In this document: positions 1 through 12,863 of the stretch, one piece after another
Position numbering within the stretch: the first letter of the stretch is position 1
Layout of the letters: each line of letters opens with the position of its first letter
Assembly: GCF_964204865.1 (NCBI RefSeq)
Contig: NC_135260.1
Location: 14,260,001-14,324,000, forward strand
Length of the DNA: 64,000 bases
Direction: 5' to 3'
From: Styela clava
Taxonomy: Eukaryota
Notes under the pieces: model-generated
What the model saw: only the letters and a program-made list of their open reading frames with translations
What the model was told of the DNA's origin: nothing
Databases searched by the model: none
Position numbers and translations under genes: made by a program

Positions 1-525
1 TTATTTAGAAAAGTGAGTGAATACTGTATTGTACATTATACCTTGAAATGTTGGAGAAACTGTGTTTTGAGCTGAGGATTTGCGTGAGTGGATTCGTGTC
101 AGTTTAAAGTTATTATTGGATAATATTGAAAGAAAGCTCATAAAATTTAACAATTTTTCTCGACGAGTTTGTTAAGGAACTTACAAAGGTTATACGTACA
201 CTCACTCACTTAGTAGTAAATGATATTCGTCACCGAAAACGTTACAGCCGAGCACTGAAATGCTAACAGCTTAATAAGTTATTGGGATGATGCTCGATAT
301 TGAATATACGTATATGAGTGAATATGCCATTCTGGTTTTACTATAAAATATTACAAATGCTAAGCTTATTCGATTGATTCTGAATGCATTGCCGATTACA
401 AAACGGTTTCCAGTCGACGTTTCAGCACTAAAATAATAAACTTGAATTCTCCAGAAATATTTAAATGTATTCAAATAGTTACTTTACTTTCTATTAGAAT
501 CAATACCTTTTGTCTTCGAATCCAG

Positions 526-3500
526 GTTTGATTGGTTTTTACGAGCTGATGATGACACGTACCTAAAAGTTGACAAACTGATAAAATTAGTTTCTCGTAT
601 TGATCCTAATAAGCCCTTTGTTGTGGGAAGAGCAGGGTATGGAAAACATGCAGAAGACTATTTGAAGCCAGGAGAAAATTATTGCATGGTAATTATGAAG
701 ATATTTGCCAATGTAAATTATTATAATCACCAAAAGATATTTGAGTAACCAATAATTAAATCGATTTCATGTATTTGTAAATCTCATTTTTTAATTTCTA
801 GTTATTCAGTGATGGTTCATTTCCTTGTGCACGCCTATTTTGAATTAGTGCTGTAACGGGATTGATATATTCGAATTCGAGTCTAGTCATTTGTTTAGAA
901 CTTTAGATAACTCGAATGAATAAAAAAAGTATCTCGATTTTCCCAGACAATATAATTACAGGGTTGAGCAAATTCTAAATATTTATTGCATGGCATGGCT
1001 TAGGGTGGTACCGGCGTATTTCTATCACGGGAAATGTTGAGAAGAATCGGTCCCAATCTATCAGCCTGTCTGAAGGAAATGTACACAAAACATGAAGATG
1101 TGGAATTAGGACGATGTATACGAAAAATCACTGGCATGAAATGCACAGAATCATGGGAGACAACTCACTTATTTTATCAAAATTATGATAGCAGTGGCAC
1201 GTACGGTTCAAATATTGACAAGATTAATCCTAGGAAAAGAGGTATTAAGTCATTTTATTGATACATCTTTTTTAAAACAAGGACGTAAAAAATTATGTAA
1301 ATGACCTATCATTCAAGCGACTCAGGAAAAGTGTTCACTGAATGCACTAATTCTTGTATAATAATAACTTTGTGCATAAATCAATTATATTATTATAAAT
1401 ATAAGAATTTGAAAGTTTAGTATCAAAATGACTCCCGTTTGGCTATATTTTAAACTACTTATTGGTCTTGTGCTATCGATTGGGTTTCTGCGGCATTAGT
1501 TCATCTTCTATGATTTTGTGCCGGAGCAAAAAAGCAAGGATGCTGTGGCAAGAGGGAAGATAACTATCCTATAAGTGATTCAAGAGTCTTGCTGCACACT
1601 AGCACATCTTTAATTTCTGTACAGAAATAAATTTATGCAGTGTGAAGTAAGACTCTTGAATCACTTAGGATACTTACTATTATGGTTACAATTTCTGCGC
1701 TTTCATGAAATTTATATATTTCCACGACAATGCACGCTTTTTATATTTACAGCTTCTGCAGCTACATTCCATTCAAACAAGGATCCCAAATATCAATACA
1801 AACTTCACATTGATGTATTAAGTGACAAATTGAACCAGTATTTGACAAAGATAAGCAATTCTGAGCAAGAAATAAATAGCATGTCATTGCTACTGATCGG
1901 CAGAAATTTTGACATTAAGGTACATACTTTCAGTCATGTACGGGACTTTGATTAAACACGGTTTGCGAATGTTGCAACTTATTGAAATGAAGAAATAATT
2001 CGCATGTAATTTCTCAACGTGTAACAAACAAGCAAAACTTCGAAGAAAAGAAACTTTAAGATGGAAATATTTAACCTCTAAAAAAATATTATTCTTATTC
2101 AAGGCGATTTTATCAATTTATCATAACTTGGGTGAGTTGAAATCAAAAGACTAACAAAACTAATTTACTTGTATTTCAACATATCGTACATACTTCCTTG
2201 GGAGACAATAACACAAATTAATTTTTTTGTTATATATATAAAATGCTATGTGATAAAAAACATGAAACCTACGAGGACTACAATATGCAAGGCAAAAATT
2301 AAAATAAAACATATTGGTAAAACATTTCAAAATAGATTGTCGCAAGAAAGAAATAGGTACAAAACAAAATACTGAAATTGTGGACGTACTTTTACAGATT
2401 CGGTTTCCTAGGCCCTTTTGCATATTCAGATATGATTGTATTTGTCGCAATTAATATGATATGTATACACTGTATTATTTCAGCATGTCCAAAAAATAAA
2501 CTATGGAATTATGACTGATGTTAGTTGGTCACAATTTCGGATCGTACGAAAACTGAAGCTTCTGATAATCGTCATGTTAATAAGCTATTAATATTGCCAA
2601 TATAACAATTTTATCGAATATTCTAGTTATTAATTCTTTTCTATTTATTATATTCACACAGGGTTGGAACTCACACTATGGGTGCAAATGGGATTACATG
2701 TCACGACACAGTTTGTATTCAAGTGCTTGGCCATCTGGCGGGGGAGTTCTCACTGCTTCAAAACTGACTGCTGTAAATAATGTATTCGAGACTTTACCGG
2801 AGCTAAGAAACAAATTTGGGTTGCTAATGACTGCACACATTCACGAAATTACCGTACTGCACTCACGGTATATTGCGAACCCTCTGACATCATTTGATAT
2901 GATATCTACCCTTAAGGTAATCGTGTCGATCCACAAGAAGAAAATTACAATGTATATGAATAATATTCATTACCGGAGAACTTTTGCTAACCTGGCGACG
3001 TTTTTTAAGGAACAAATCCCCCTCGATATTCAAAATCTAAGATTTAAAATATCAGATAAAAATCGCTTGATTATGAATCCCATATCTCCGTTGTCGGAAC
3101 GCGTAAACTTCATTATGGCTCTGAGTGGCCGTCCACAAAATCTAGTTCGTTTCTTACAAAATTATAAAGATGTTTTCTTGTCAAAAGATGAGCGTGTTAG
3201 TCTAACAGTTGTTTATTTCCCAGAAATCTTCCATACAAATTATAATCGTACAGAAGGACCAGTAAATATGGACGATAAAACGGCCCCGATGATGGACGAA
3301 ACATCAGAATTCGTACTACAAAATCTGAAGCATGCTGGAAAAGAATTTCCAGGAGCTGAATTCAATTTCATAAAAGTTACTGGTGGCCTTGCATTTTCAA
3401 GAGGAGCTGGATTGCAAATTGGAGCCAAAAGGATGCAACACGACGATACAAACGATGAACTTCTTTTCTTTTGTGACGTGGATTTGCTTTTTTCACGAGG

Positions 3501-4300
3501 AATATTAAATCATATTCGTCGAAGTACAATTCGGGGAAAGCAGGTTTACTACCCCACATTTTTTAGCCAATATGATCCCAATATAGTTTACGCAAATCAA
3601 AAACCCCCGAAGTCACATTTTTTCATTGAGGAAATTGCTGGATTCTGGAGAACTTTCAGTTACGGCATGGTGTCAATCTACAAAACTGATTTTGAAAAAA
3701 CAGGAGGATTTGATCTTTCAATAGAAGGATGGGGATTAGAAGACCTGAGATTTGTAAGTAGTTATCTATATTATTCGCTCTTAACCAGACTTTGTATGAG
3801 TGAAGCGCCTAATAAGTTTCAAATAACAGTTTATTTTTATTCGAAATTGGGTGTCCAATTGCTTATGGGTTTTACCGTTTGAGCGAAGGGAGTAATTTGA
3901 TATTTTAAACTATCATATCTGGCGTGTGAAACATGTTTAATCAATTAACACAGCAGAGTGAGATTTTTCTGTTTCTCAACAGAATATTCTGAATTAATTT
4001 GTTCATTCATTTCAGTGCACCGCAGTCATTGAAAAAGCTGGATTTGCAGTATTCAAGAGCAATGAACCTTCTATGATCCATGTGTATCACGACAAAAACT
4101 GCCCTGAAGAACTTAGCAAAAAGCAATACCAGGATTGTCTGAATTCACGTGCACAACATTATGGACCTAAAAGTTATTTGTATAATGTGTGGCAAGGCAA
4201 ATTGGAACACGAAGAAGGCGAATACGACCATAATGTAAATATTATTTCAAAAGGAGAAGTTCAACAAGCAAAAAATCCTAGCAGCAAATTTGAATCATAA
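526..4300 (+). CDS. CHSY1: Chondroitin sulfate synthase 1-like (GT31 fringe-like domain + GT7-like domain), 5'-partial; exons 526-688, 1004-1241, 1753-1919, 2662-3753, 4016-4300
   Basis: Spliced translation with GT-AG junctions and consistent phases gives FDWFLRADDDTY...PGENYCM|GGTGVFLSREMLRRIGP...CLKEMYTKHEDVELGRCIRK...|...TFHSNKDPKYQYKLH...|...FSRGAGLQIG...LLFFCDVDL...GKQVYYPTFFSQY...GFWRTFSYGM...GGFDLSIEGWGLED|...IHVYHDKNC...C*. This matches the CHSY1/CHSY3 motif series, with both DxD-type motifs intact (so not CHPF). The N-terminal TM exon(s) lie left of the window. AATAAA at ~4417. Confidence 0.93.
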
Positions 4301-7300
4301 TATATATATATATTATAAATATTTCCTGGCATGCTCAAAAAGCAATTCACTTTCACATATTTTGTACATTCATGGTCGCGATATCAACCAAGTGAATAGT
4401 GACCATTCTTCAAAAGAATAAAGAACGAGCTGCATAAACCTTCTGTATGCTGGCCTGGTCTTCTTTCGTCCACGAATCCACGTGATGTAAACTAAATTTT
4501 TCTTACAGGAAACTCATTTCTAAACTCATAACGCTTGACAAAGTATAGAGGTTACCTAGGTTACAGATCTAGTTCAGTCAGACCTTGGTTTATTTCATCC
4601 CATACAAGAAGATAGCTGTCAGTCGGTTACCGCACATGTGCTTCAATGTTTTGAATCCTCGGCACAACACAAATTCAGATTTAAACTTTTTTGTAACCAT
4701 CGAAATCTTTTGATATTTTTGAAAATGACCGGACTTTTCGTACAAATCGAGGAGAAAAGTCGTAGAGTTTTTAATGTTTAACCTTTACGAAATTATATTT
4801 TTGTTTGCATATTTCCAGCTTCATTCAATAAGTATATTTATTTTTGATACATCTTTATGCTACTTGGCTTTAATGGAAAGTTTTTACATACGAAAAGATC
4901 TTTGTACTTGTTTTGGGATAGAAACAAATATATGTATATTACAACATTAGATCATTCCGGTAGTTCAACGTGTTATAGGAAAATGACAGTTAAATTGTTT
5001 AATAACTTTCATGTTTGACTCACACGACAGCCTACATTCATTTCATAAACAGCTTTCCGCTTCCGACAAATACATTTAAAGACAAATCTCAAATCCCGAC
5101 TATTTCTGTAACAAAAAAATCAGATTCTGATTAGGCCCGTTAGATATTGTTTTTGATTAAAAAGACAAATTTTAAGTTTCTGTTCCTAAACAACGTAAAA
5201 ACATAATTTATTTGAGTTTCTTACTAAACGCATCGGAAAGATACTCATTTTGCTTCACAATGAATGAATTTAATCGCCAATTTCAAATTTATAAAATACA
5301 AACAAAAAGATTTTTATAGTATCGTGGTGAACAACGGCAAAAAAGTCTTACAGGAAAGACAATGATTTGTGTTGATAAAAACTTACTTCAGTTAAATAGT
5401 TCTGTATGTTAGAATCCAGTTGTGCTGAAGATCTACCTCCTATCCACTTCCGTCTGCACATGCATATTAATACAACATAAAATTGAAGGGTAATTTAGTT
5501 GTGGAGAATTTCGCAATTCAAATTATTGGGTCTGGCCTACTTCTTACGGAGCGTGAATTAGGACTTCTTCTTTTTCTTACTCATTATGTTCGCCGACAAA
5601 AATAACCTCAGTGGTCGATGGAAAAGTTAAAATACGAAATACGAAAGTTGCATGGATTAAACAACTTTAACCGGGCTGCAGATGTACAAACATCAATACC
5701 AATCCAATACTTCATACTTAACTGAATAAATCTTCATCTACCAGCATTTCCTCCAGCAGATGCTGTTGCCAACAATTCCAGAATTTGTGATGGAATTCAA
5801 CGCCCAATCAATTGTAGGCCTAATATTAATCTAACTGCATTAGTAAACTGTTAAAACATAAAATTGCCAGCAAGGGAACGAGAAGCCTGCAAAGGAAGTC
5901 AGGTCATTTATTAATTGCCGAAACGACGAATAATTGGAAGACTATTCAAAATGTAAATTTGAAATGCGCTTACAGCAAATGTTCGTTTCTCTTAAGTGAA
6001 ATATAAGAAGACAATACAATGGCACTGGCGGAATCATAAAACTTGGTAAATAAATTGTTGTAAATAAATTAAATTACCTTATTATTCCTTGATCTCCTCC
6101 CCTTACCTACACTTCCGGTTTTAAAAAACAAATCATGGAACCCGTTGGTATATGAAAAAAAACATTAAGCAAATAATATCACCTGTACTATATTCGGAAC
6201 ATCTCTGCACGACCGCATCTTGTCGGGTTCTTATTTCAGAAACGATGGAATGGTACAAACTTCTTTGCGCAGCCATATTCTCCCCGGGGTCTTCGATTCA
6301 GCACAAATACGCTATTTTTCAATACCAGTCTAGTGTTATATTATGGTCTAACTGAAACTCCTAATTTAATGAATATTTATTTATTTAACCGTAGTTTTTG
6401 TTCCGCTCCAGCAGTTTTTTGATGTCAACATTCGCAGTTTGTTTATATCCAGTCGGTTCGCATAAACACTATCTGAAATATATAACATAGCTAACATGAA
6501 ATATATAGGCTGGAAACGCTAACACAAGCTGAAAGCCCTAATCGGGCAATTTGTAGTTATTGAATTCATTCAAATTGTGAATATGAATACATAGTATCTT
6601 ACTTGTTCTGACTCGAATATTTTCTTGTTCTCCATCGCCTTTATTTGTTTACCATCGTCTTTGGTTCAACAATTACACACCAAGAATTATTTAGTACTAT
6701 TCTAAGGCCTAACTGCAGAAATGAGTTGATCGCTAATAATCACTGCAGATTCCGATTCAGATTCGCCTCACTCATTTCAGAACTTGTAATCTCAATTCCA
6801 TTTTGTAGATATTTGAATGAATGATTGCAGGCATAGGTTTAGCGTAACTGCATTAGTATAGCTACAAAAGTCTTAAACATGTCTGTGAGGTAATACAAAG
6901 TTTGATTATAAGAGGATTAGCGACACAAAGATGCACATAAACAATTAAACTTAGAAAATTCACAAATACAAAATCAGTGCTCACCTGACGGCGTCAAATT
7001 TGAAAAAACCGCCTGAGCGCAGACAAATTTTGACGTGGCAAGAAAAAAGTGTAGGTATAATAAAGAAATAAAGCGGGTGAAGAAGACCGCAAAATGAAGA
7101 TGCTTTTTCATTCGTTATTAGGAATCACATGTCTAGGTGACGTAAGAAAATAGCCAAACAACAAAAAAATGATGGAACATGCTGTTTGTCGCATTAACCT
7201 TTTACCACTACAGCCATATAATAATCAAGATAAATTTTATTCTAGACAATATTTATTATGATATTCAGTCATCTGACCAAACGATTATAGGAGTAGATCG

Positions 7301-7592
7301 AAAATTCAACATAGCATCTTGCTATGCCACTACTATTGTATTTAAACACTACAAAGTAATAAAATAACACGGACGATACCTCAAATTTTTGGGACATGTT
7401 TATCTACACTGGGATGCAAGCTTTGAAACTTAATGCCGATTTTTTCGCATTTGAGTGCTAGATTGTCTAACTCGCAGTTTACTTCTGAAATTCGTATAAA
7501 TATATTGGAAGCGACAATGAAAAAGCTTTAACGAAAGCAATAGATCACGGCTTTCCCCTTGCTAATAGATTTCTGTGTACAAAACATCTAGG

Positions 7593-8112
7593 CAGGGGTT
7601 CTCAATTTGGGGTTCGCGAACCCCCAGGGGTTCACGAGAAGATTTCTAGGGGTACTTGGATGAGAGTCGAGTTTTTGTATGTTGCTGTTTTTTTTTAATA
7701 TCCTTTATTAATACCATGGGAAAATGCGTGCCCAATGAAATTAGACGCCAATTGAAACGTAGATTTTACCTGATCTTGCATTGTTGTGATTGTGATGCAA
7801 CAATGTGAAATTCAAAACTGCGTACAAACTGTGAAATCTCTAAAGACAGCGTGCTGCGAGCATTAACGAATTATGCTTATTGAAACTTGGGAGAGATTTT
7901 AAGAATCCATTAGTTAGGCAGGCGAAAAGGGCAACAATATCCAAAAGACGATTTAATTTAGGTACATATGGTCAATTAATTGGTGTTCCAACAAATTGTT
8001 AGTTAATATATCAGTATATCACAACTTTGTTCGGTGTCTGATTACCGGGGGTTCGCGTTCATTGTATCGTGACCTCGGGGGTACTTGACGGAAAAAAGGT
8101 TGAGAACCCCTG
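7593..8112. mobile_element. Non-autonomous hAT (Buster/Charlie-type) MITE, 520 bp
   Basis: TIRs CAGGGGTTCTCAA (7593) / TTGAGAACCCCTG (ends 8112); subterminal GGGGTTCGCGAACCCC palindrome; flanks ATCTAG-G and ATCTAGAG (nnnTAnnn 8-bp TSD type). Confidence 0.88.
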
Positions 8113-8120
8113 ATCTAGAG

Positions 8121-8555
8121 CAACGGTGCACAACCTGCGGCTGTCCACATACAAAATCGCATGGGGAAAAAAATCAAAATATAGGATTTGGCGGCTATGC
8201 TGGCGTATATTGAAGTAAAACAGAAGCACTGCAAAAAGTCAGACGACACGATGCGTCATAATCTCCCCGACCTTCGATTTTTTCAAAATTGTTCAACCAT
8301 TATGCAACTTGCTGCAGCATATCTGCTCAAGAATAGGTCTACATAAAAGAAAATCCGTTTAAAATGCAAATATTATACTTTCAACTAGTCCTACATACTT
8401 CATAATTGGGCCGACTGCACCTCGCATGGGTCAAATATGCGGTCATGACGTCATAAAAGCCAAAGATATTCGCGCGTCTTCAACCCCCTGGAGGCCGTAT
8501 TGAATACAAATAAATGCAATGTGGCCGTCAATAGCAAAACGGTTGTGCACCCCTG
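8121..8555. mobile_element. Second non-autonomous hAT (Buster/Charlie-type) MITE, 435 bp
   Basis: TIRs CAACGGTGCACAACC (8121) / GGTTGTGCACCCCTG (8541-8555); exact 8-bp TSD ATCTAGAG at 8113-8120 and 8556-8563. Confidence 0.88.
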
Positions 8556-8849
8556 ATCTAGAGGAGAACTTACGCACCATGTTCGAAAAAAACACTTCTG
8601 TTCTTAAAACAAAGATCCGAAGTGTACGACTTGTTTTTTTCTCCGGCGTCGTCTTTGCTAATTCGTTGAAAACATATCCTGGACGAAGATGAAACTGTGG
8701 ACTGTCGTACCTCACAGGTGCCGGTACCTGGACTGTCCAAGCTTTGTCAGGTCCCGTGAATATGATAATTCATGCGTCTTGTACCAATGTGAGTTAAAAT
8801 TCCAAATGATTCGACTCATAACTTTTACAGTCTCTTACCTAGTCTACAG

Positions 8850-11800
8850 TGCGTCGCCGGTATCGAAAACTTTCATGTAAAACGGGTTCGCAAATCATAG
8901 CGAAAGACCGCCGTCACGCTTGGCGGATTAAAAAACGTGTTCCCATGTGTAAAACTTATTACAGCGATATTTTGGATAAAATACAAGATCTCATAGGATT
9001 CATAGATGATTTGGTAATAAATAACCATCTAGTGACAACAACAATATTTAATCACTGTTTCGTTCAGGATACCGTATGATTTTCGGGGAATTTGATGGTG
9101 AAACATTTCGTTTCAGCGAAAACTTATTTAGAGAAGAATGAACCTGATCTTGGATTTGGTGTGCTTAGAAAAACATTACAGAAAATTTTATTCGACATTC
9201 TAATTACACCTACAAAATATACTTGCTTCTGGGTGTTTGTTCGTTCCTTTACACTGATTGGGACGCAATAAATTTTAAAAATTAGATAGTCGCAAGATGG
9301 TGATAAAGAGTAAAGAAGACAACAACAATCCACAAGTCAAATAATTTACGTCTCGATTAATTCCAAATGTATTGGAATGGTTTGAAAATCCTATTGCGTA
9401 TTAAATAAAATTATGGAATCGTTCCCTGTTACTAAATATTGCAGTAAACTTCCTAAGGATATCGAGATCGTTGATACGAATAAGAGAGCTCGAATTTAAT
9501 CATACAAAAAATAGAAGAATTTGACTTTAACATCCCTCATATGAATCATCCATTTATACACGAATATATTTTAACTAAAGAAAAATGCTGTATATAATTT
9601 GAAGAAACGTTTCTATGCAGGTAAGGTACATTTGATACCATCCTTGACATTATTCTTTTCCATGGCCATCGACATTTACTTCACCCTTACATCAGATAAT
9701 TAGTTTTAATAAAATGTAAAATGCGTGTGATATAATTTATAAAGCATTTAGCATTAATTTTAAAACAGACGGCTTTGAATCTGCCCGTTGAAGTTTTCCC
9801 AAACGTGGTCAAAATGAAGCAATGATAGTCTTTAATTTTTTTCGTGTGACATCAGCAGTTATGTATGCTATAAAATATTATAAACTCTAAAATATATATA
9901 TACATATACGGTGTATAAATTAATTTGAAAGAAAGAGGAACTTGAACTTGGGACGCACTTTTTCCTCCGAAATAGCTTTTTGTACCAACTTGGAAAGTTG
10001 ATAATTCCATCTAAAGCTTGTCCTAACTACAGATAATATAACAAGGTGAAATACGTGTTATTTCAGCCTGTTATATTTAATTAAAATACCATCATCATGT
10101 GAATAATTCACATGTCTGTAATTATATTTTGAAGCTTTACTTTCCATACCTGATAAGGGGAATAATTCAATTTTTCCGAATTGTTTAACAGTAAACGACA
10201 CTGGAAACCGAATATCAAGTATCAATGGCGTAACATGTTAGTCGAGTCGGCTCCAGCACGGTTCAGCGATAGTATAATATTTTAGACTTGCTGCCAACCG
10301 TATGCTCGCTGATTGCAGCCTCAGATAACATATCTTGAGAAGCAAGATTGTCAAAATGGGCACGTTCATATTGAATCAAGCTGCCCTTCTGAACAAATAA
10401 AACTGACTGCTGTCAGGAAATGGAATAAACAAAAATGTAGCCGAATGATATAAAAAAAATAGACAAAATGGCGATCGGATATGTGGGTAAATTTGGACAC
10501 TTTAATATGGTGTTTTCCCACAGGACCAAAACACTTCTGAATGCATGAAATTTACCGGTTACATCATTGAGAAATTGACATTACTAAATTTACACTTGCC
10601 CAAAGACTTTGAGCGTGATATCGATGGGCAATACTTTGGGAGAGTATTCCTTACAAAGAACAACATATTGATATCAGTGAGCATTTTTCATTCACGCGAA
10701 CCCAATCCCGTGTATTGTCACAAGTTTTATTTAATTTTTTTCAACATGATATTGACTATTTTTATATGATATGAATATACAATGAGATAAGCATTTCGTC
10801 ACGCTAATAACCGAATTGCGTAAGTCATTTTTGGCGATTTTGATTTTTTTATAAAATAGGTATTTATGTAATGCTGCGCACCTGTCTGTTAACTCAGATT
10901 TTATTTTAAGAATTCCGAAACCCATAAAAATGAAGATTTAGTATGACATGCACATTCGTGCAATTGTTTCGTCATAATGAATTATCATGGTTACCGCAGA
11001 ACTATTGTGACGTCACAAAGGCAAAATAACCTCGGCGAAGTATTTTCGAGTTTTTGCATCTCGGATTCTAGCTTGGCGCGTATTAATTTGAATTTATACT
11101 ACAGTATAGGAAGACCTGCACTTGTTATATTCACTGTCCGAGTCCAATTCACCTTGTTTGGCTTTTATATTGGGTGCATTGCTGTTTTATTCTTATATTT
11201 CATCTTAGTATTATTTCGGTGGGTGTGCAGAACGTGTTATATTGATGAAATATATATTTTTGAACATAAAAAATGATGTAATTGAAACTGATTAGCTATT
11301 TTTGGGATTAGACAATGTAGATACTGAGAATTACATTCGTTTTTGAAATGTTTAGTTTTTGGAACTGGTGCATATAGTTAAGTTGCAAAATTGCGTATAT
11401 CCCTAAGTCATAGACACATTTCTGCCTAAGTCACAGTGCGCCATTATGACGTCACTTAACTGCGTCATACAAATTAACTTGAATCCGGCTACGATCAAAA
11501 AGTTGAACCATGGCAAATTATTGACTCTCAATGGCATAACAATATCATTAGAAAGTTTTTTACGTTTTTCTCAAAACTGCTAAAAATGACTTACGCAATT
11601 CGGTTATTAGCGTGACGATTTGTTTTATCATAAAATTAAATCATTAATAGATTGTGAGTTTCAGCAGACATACGGCAGGCCATATTGATACGTGTTTTAA
11701 AATTATACTCAATTAATTTGGTAAAATATTCGTATTTTAGGTCTTTTTGTGAAATTGATAACAACTTTCAGTTATTATGCTCCGATGATTCCCTTGGAAG

Positions 11801-12863
11801 TAAATTGCATGACCGTGCGACCTTATTTTTGAAATATGCTCTGCTCTTACCAGAGTGAAAATCTTGCGGTATACTTTGTCCTGAGTCAGCTAAGGCTGAG
11901 CAAACTCGGCGAAAAGTCCAGTCTAACAGGACAGCTACTGTGGGCGTATGGCTCGACTTGTAAAGAAAAGTCAAACAATGCTACAACCAGACAAAAGTAT
12001 AGTCCTCTGCACTCGAGTATCGGCTTCAAGAGGGCTGTTGAGTGATGATGCCTCTGGTAGGCAAGAGAAGTAGGGATAGTACTTCCACCTGAATAAATAT
12101 TACGCATTGTATCAATGGTGTGCGTCTTCCAAAAAGATAAAATTCCTGAAAGATGGATATTTTTGTTGAACATACATGAAACATAAATATTTGTATTTGG
12201 AGGCACGGTTCAGCTTTGTCCCACATAACAACACATATCGAAATTCAAAGACATATGTAAAATTTTCAGAAAAAGAGAAGATGGGACACCAGATATGAAA
12301 AACACATCAAAATCGATGAGCTTGAATCATTGAATAAAAAATCGATTGGGTGGAATGTCATCAAAGAGTTGTACTGTCTGAGGATATGATTTTATCTTAT
12401 TTGACAATACATGAGGGTTCTCAAACTGTGAATACCTCGAACTGTCGTCATAATATAAAATAAAATAATAAGTTAAATTAAAATTAATTAAATCACACTC
12501 TGAAATAGACTTTCAGTCACGAAAACTATCAGATGTATACTGTTTTATAAATATTTATATTATGTTTAATTTGAAGATATATTCTTTCTTCTATTTAGGT
12601 ACTATGTGCAAAGCTATGTACTGCGTCAAATAATGTCAGTTTCTTTCTGGCCTTACGGTATTTTGCCATTCAGGTCTCAGAGTCAAAGCCATGTAATGGT
12701 TCATTTAATGGTGATATTATCGATTATATTCACTCGCATTGTAAGTATTTTTATAATACTGTAGCGCAATCCTTGTAACACTAAAAATGCTGACATTTTC
12801 TTGTCTTTAGACGAGGATTTAAAAGACGACCGTCAACGTAAAAAGTTCGTGACAAAATCATAG
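8850..12863 (+). pseudogene. Candidate decayed multi-exon gene ending in a MYND-type zinc finger
   Basis: Long mostly open frame 8849-9500 with scattered stops, ending at a strong donor (TGCAG|GTAAGG, 9620/9621). Exon-like blocks 11772-12056 and 12599-12740 have good AG/GT flanks, and 12741-12810 is a textbook 70-nt intron. Exon 12599 reads CTMCKAMYCVK*CQFL, then WP after a frameshift, then VFC, resembling the MYND CxxC..YC...CQ...W..H...C pattern. Confidence 0.35.
10797..11617. mobile_element. Non-autonomous DNA transposon (821 bp) with ~47-bp TIRs and 4-bp ATTT TSD, Sola1-like
   Basis: Left TIR CGTCACGCTAATAACCGAATTGCGTAAGTCATTTTTGGCGATTTTGA; right end ...TCAAAACTGCTAAAAATGACTTACGCAATTCGGTTATTAGCGTGACG; ATTT immediately outside both ends. 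An AWWT TSD is characteristic of Sola1; the superfamily call is inference. Confidence 0.8.

Larger units (their letters stand above)
7260..8640 (+). mobile_element. Decayed Mutator-like (MULE) transposase fragment, interrupted by two MITEs
   Basis: Translation across stops and frameshifts: IIGVDRKFNIASCYATTIVFKH...FLGHVYLHWDASFET*CRFF...IGSDNEKALTKAIDHGFPLANRFLCTKHL, resuming after 8563 as (E)ENLRTMFEK. The D(R/G)TFN...GSDxExAL...FP...LCxxH pattern is typical of MULE DDE domains. Confidence 0.7.

Noticed and set aside
11900-12360. Possible Merlin/ISXO2 transposase relic (HIKIDE-like motif)
   Set aside because: Only one weak motif; not supportable.
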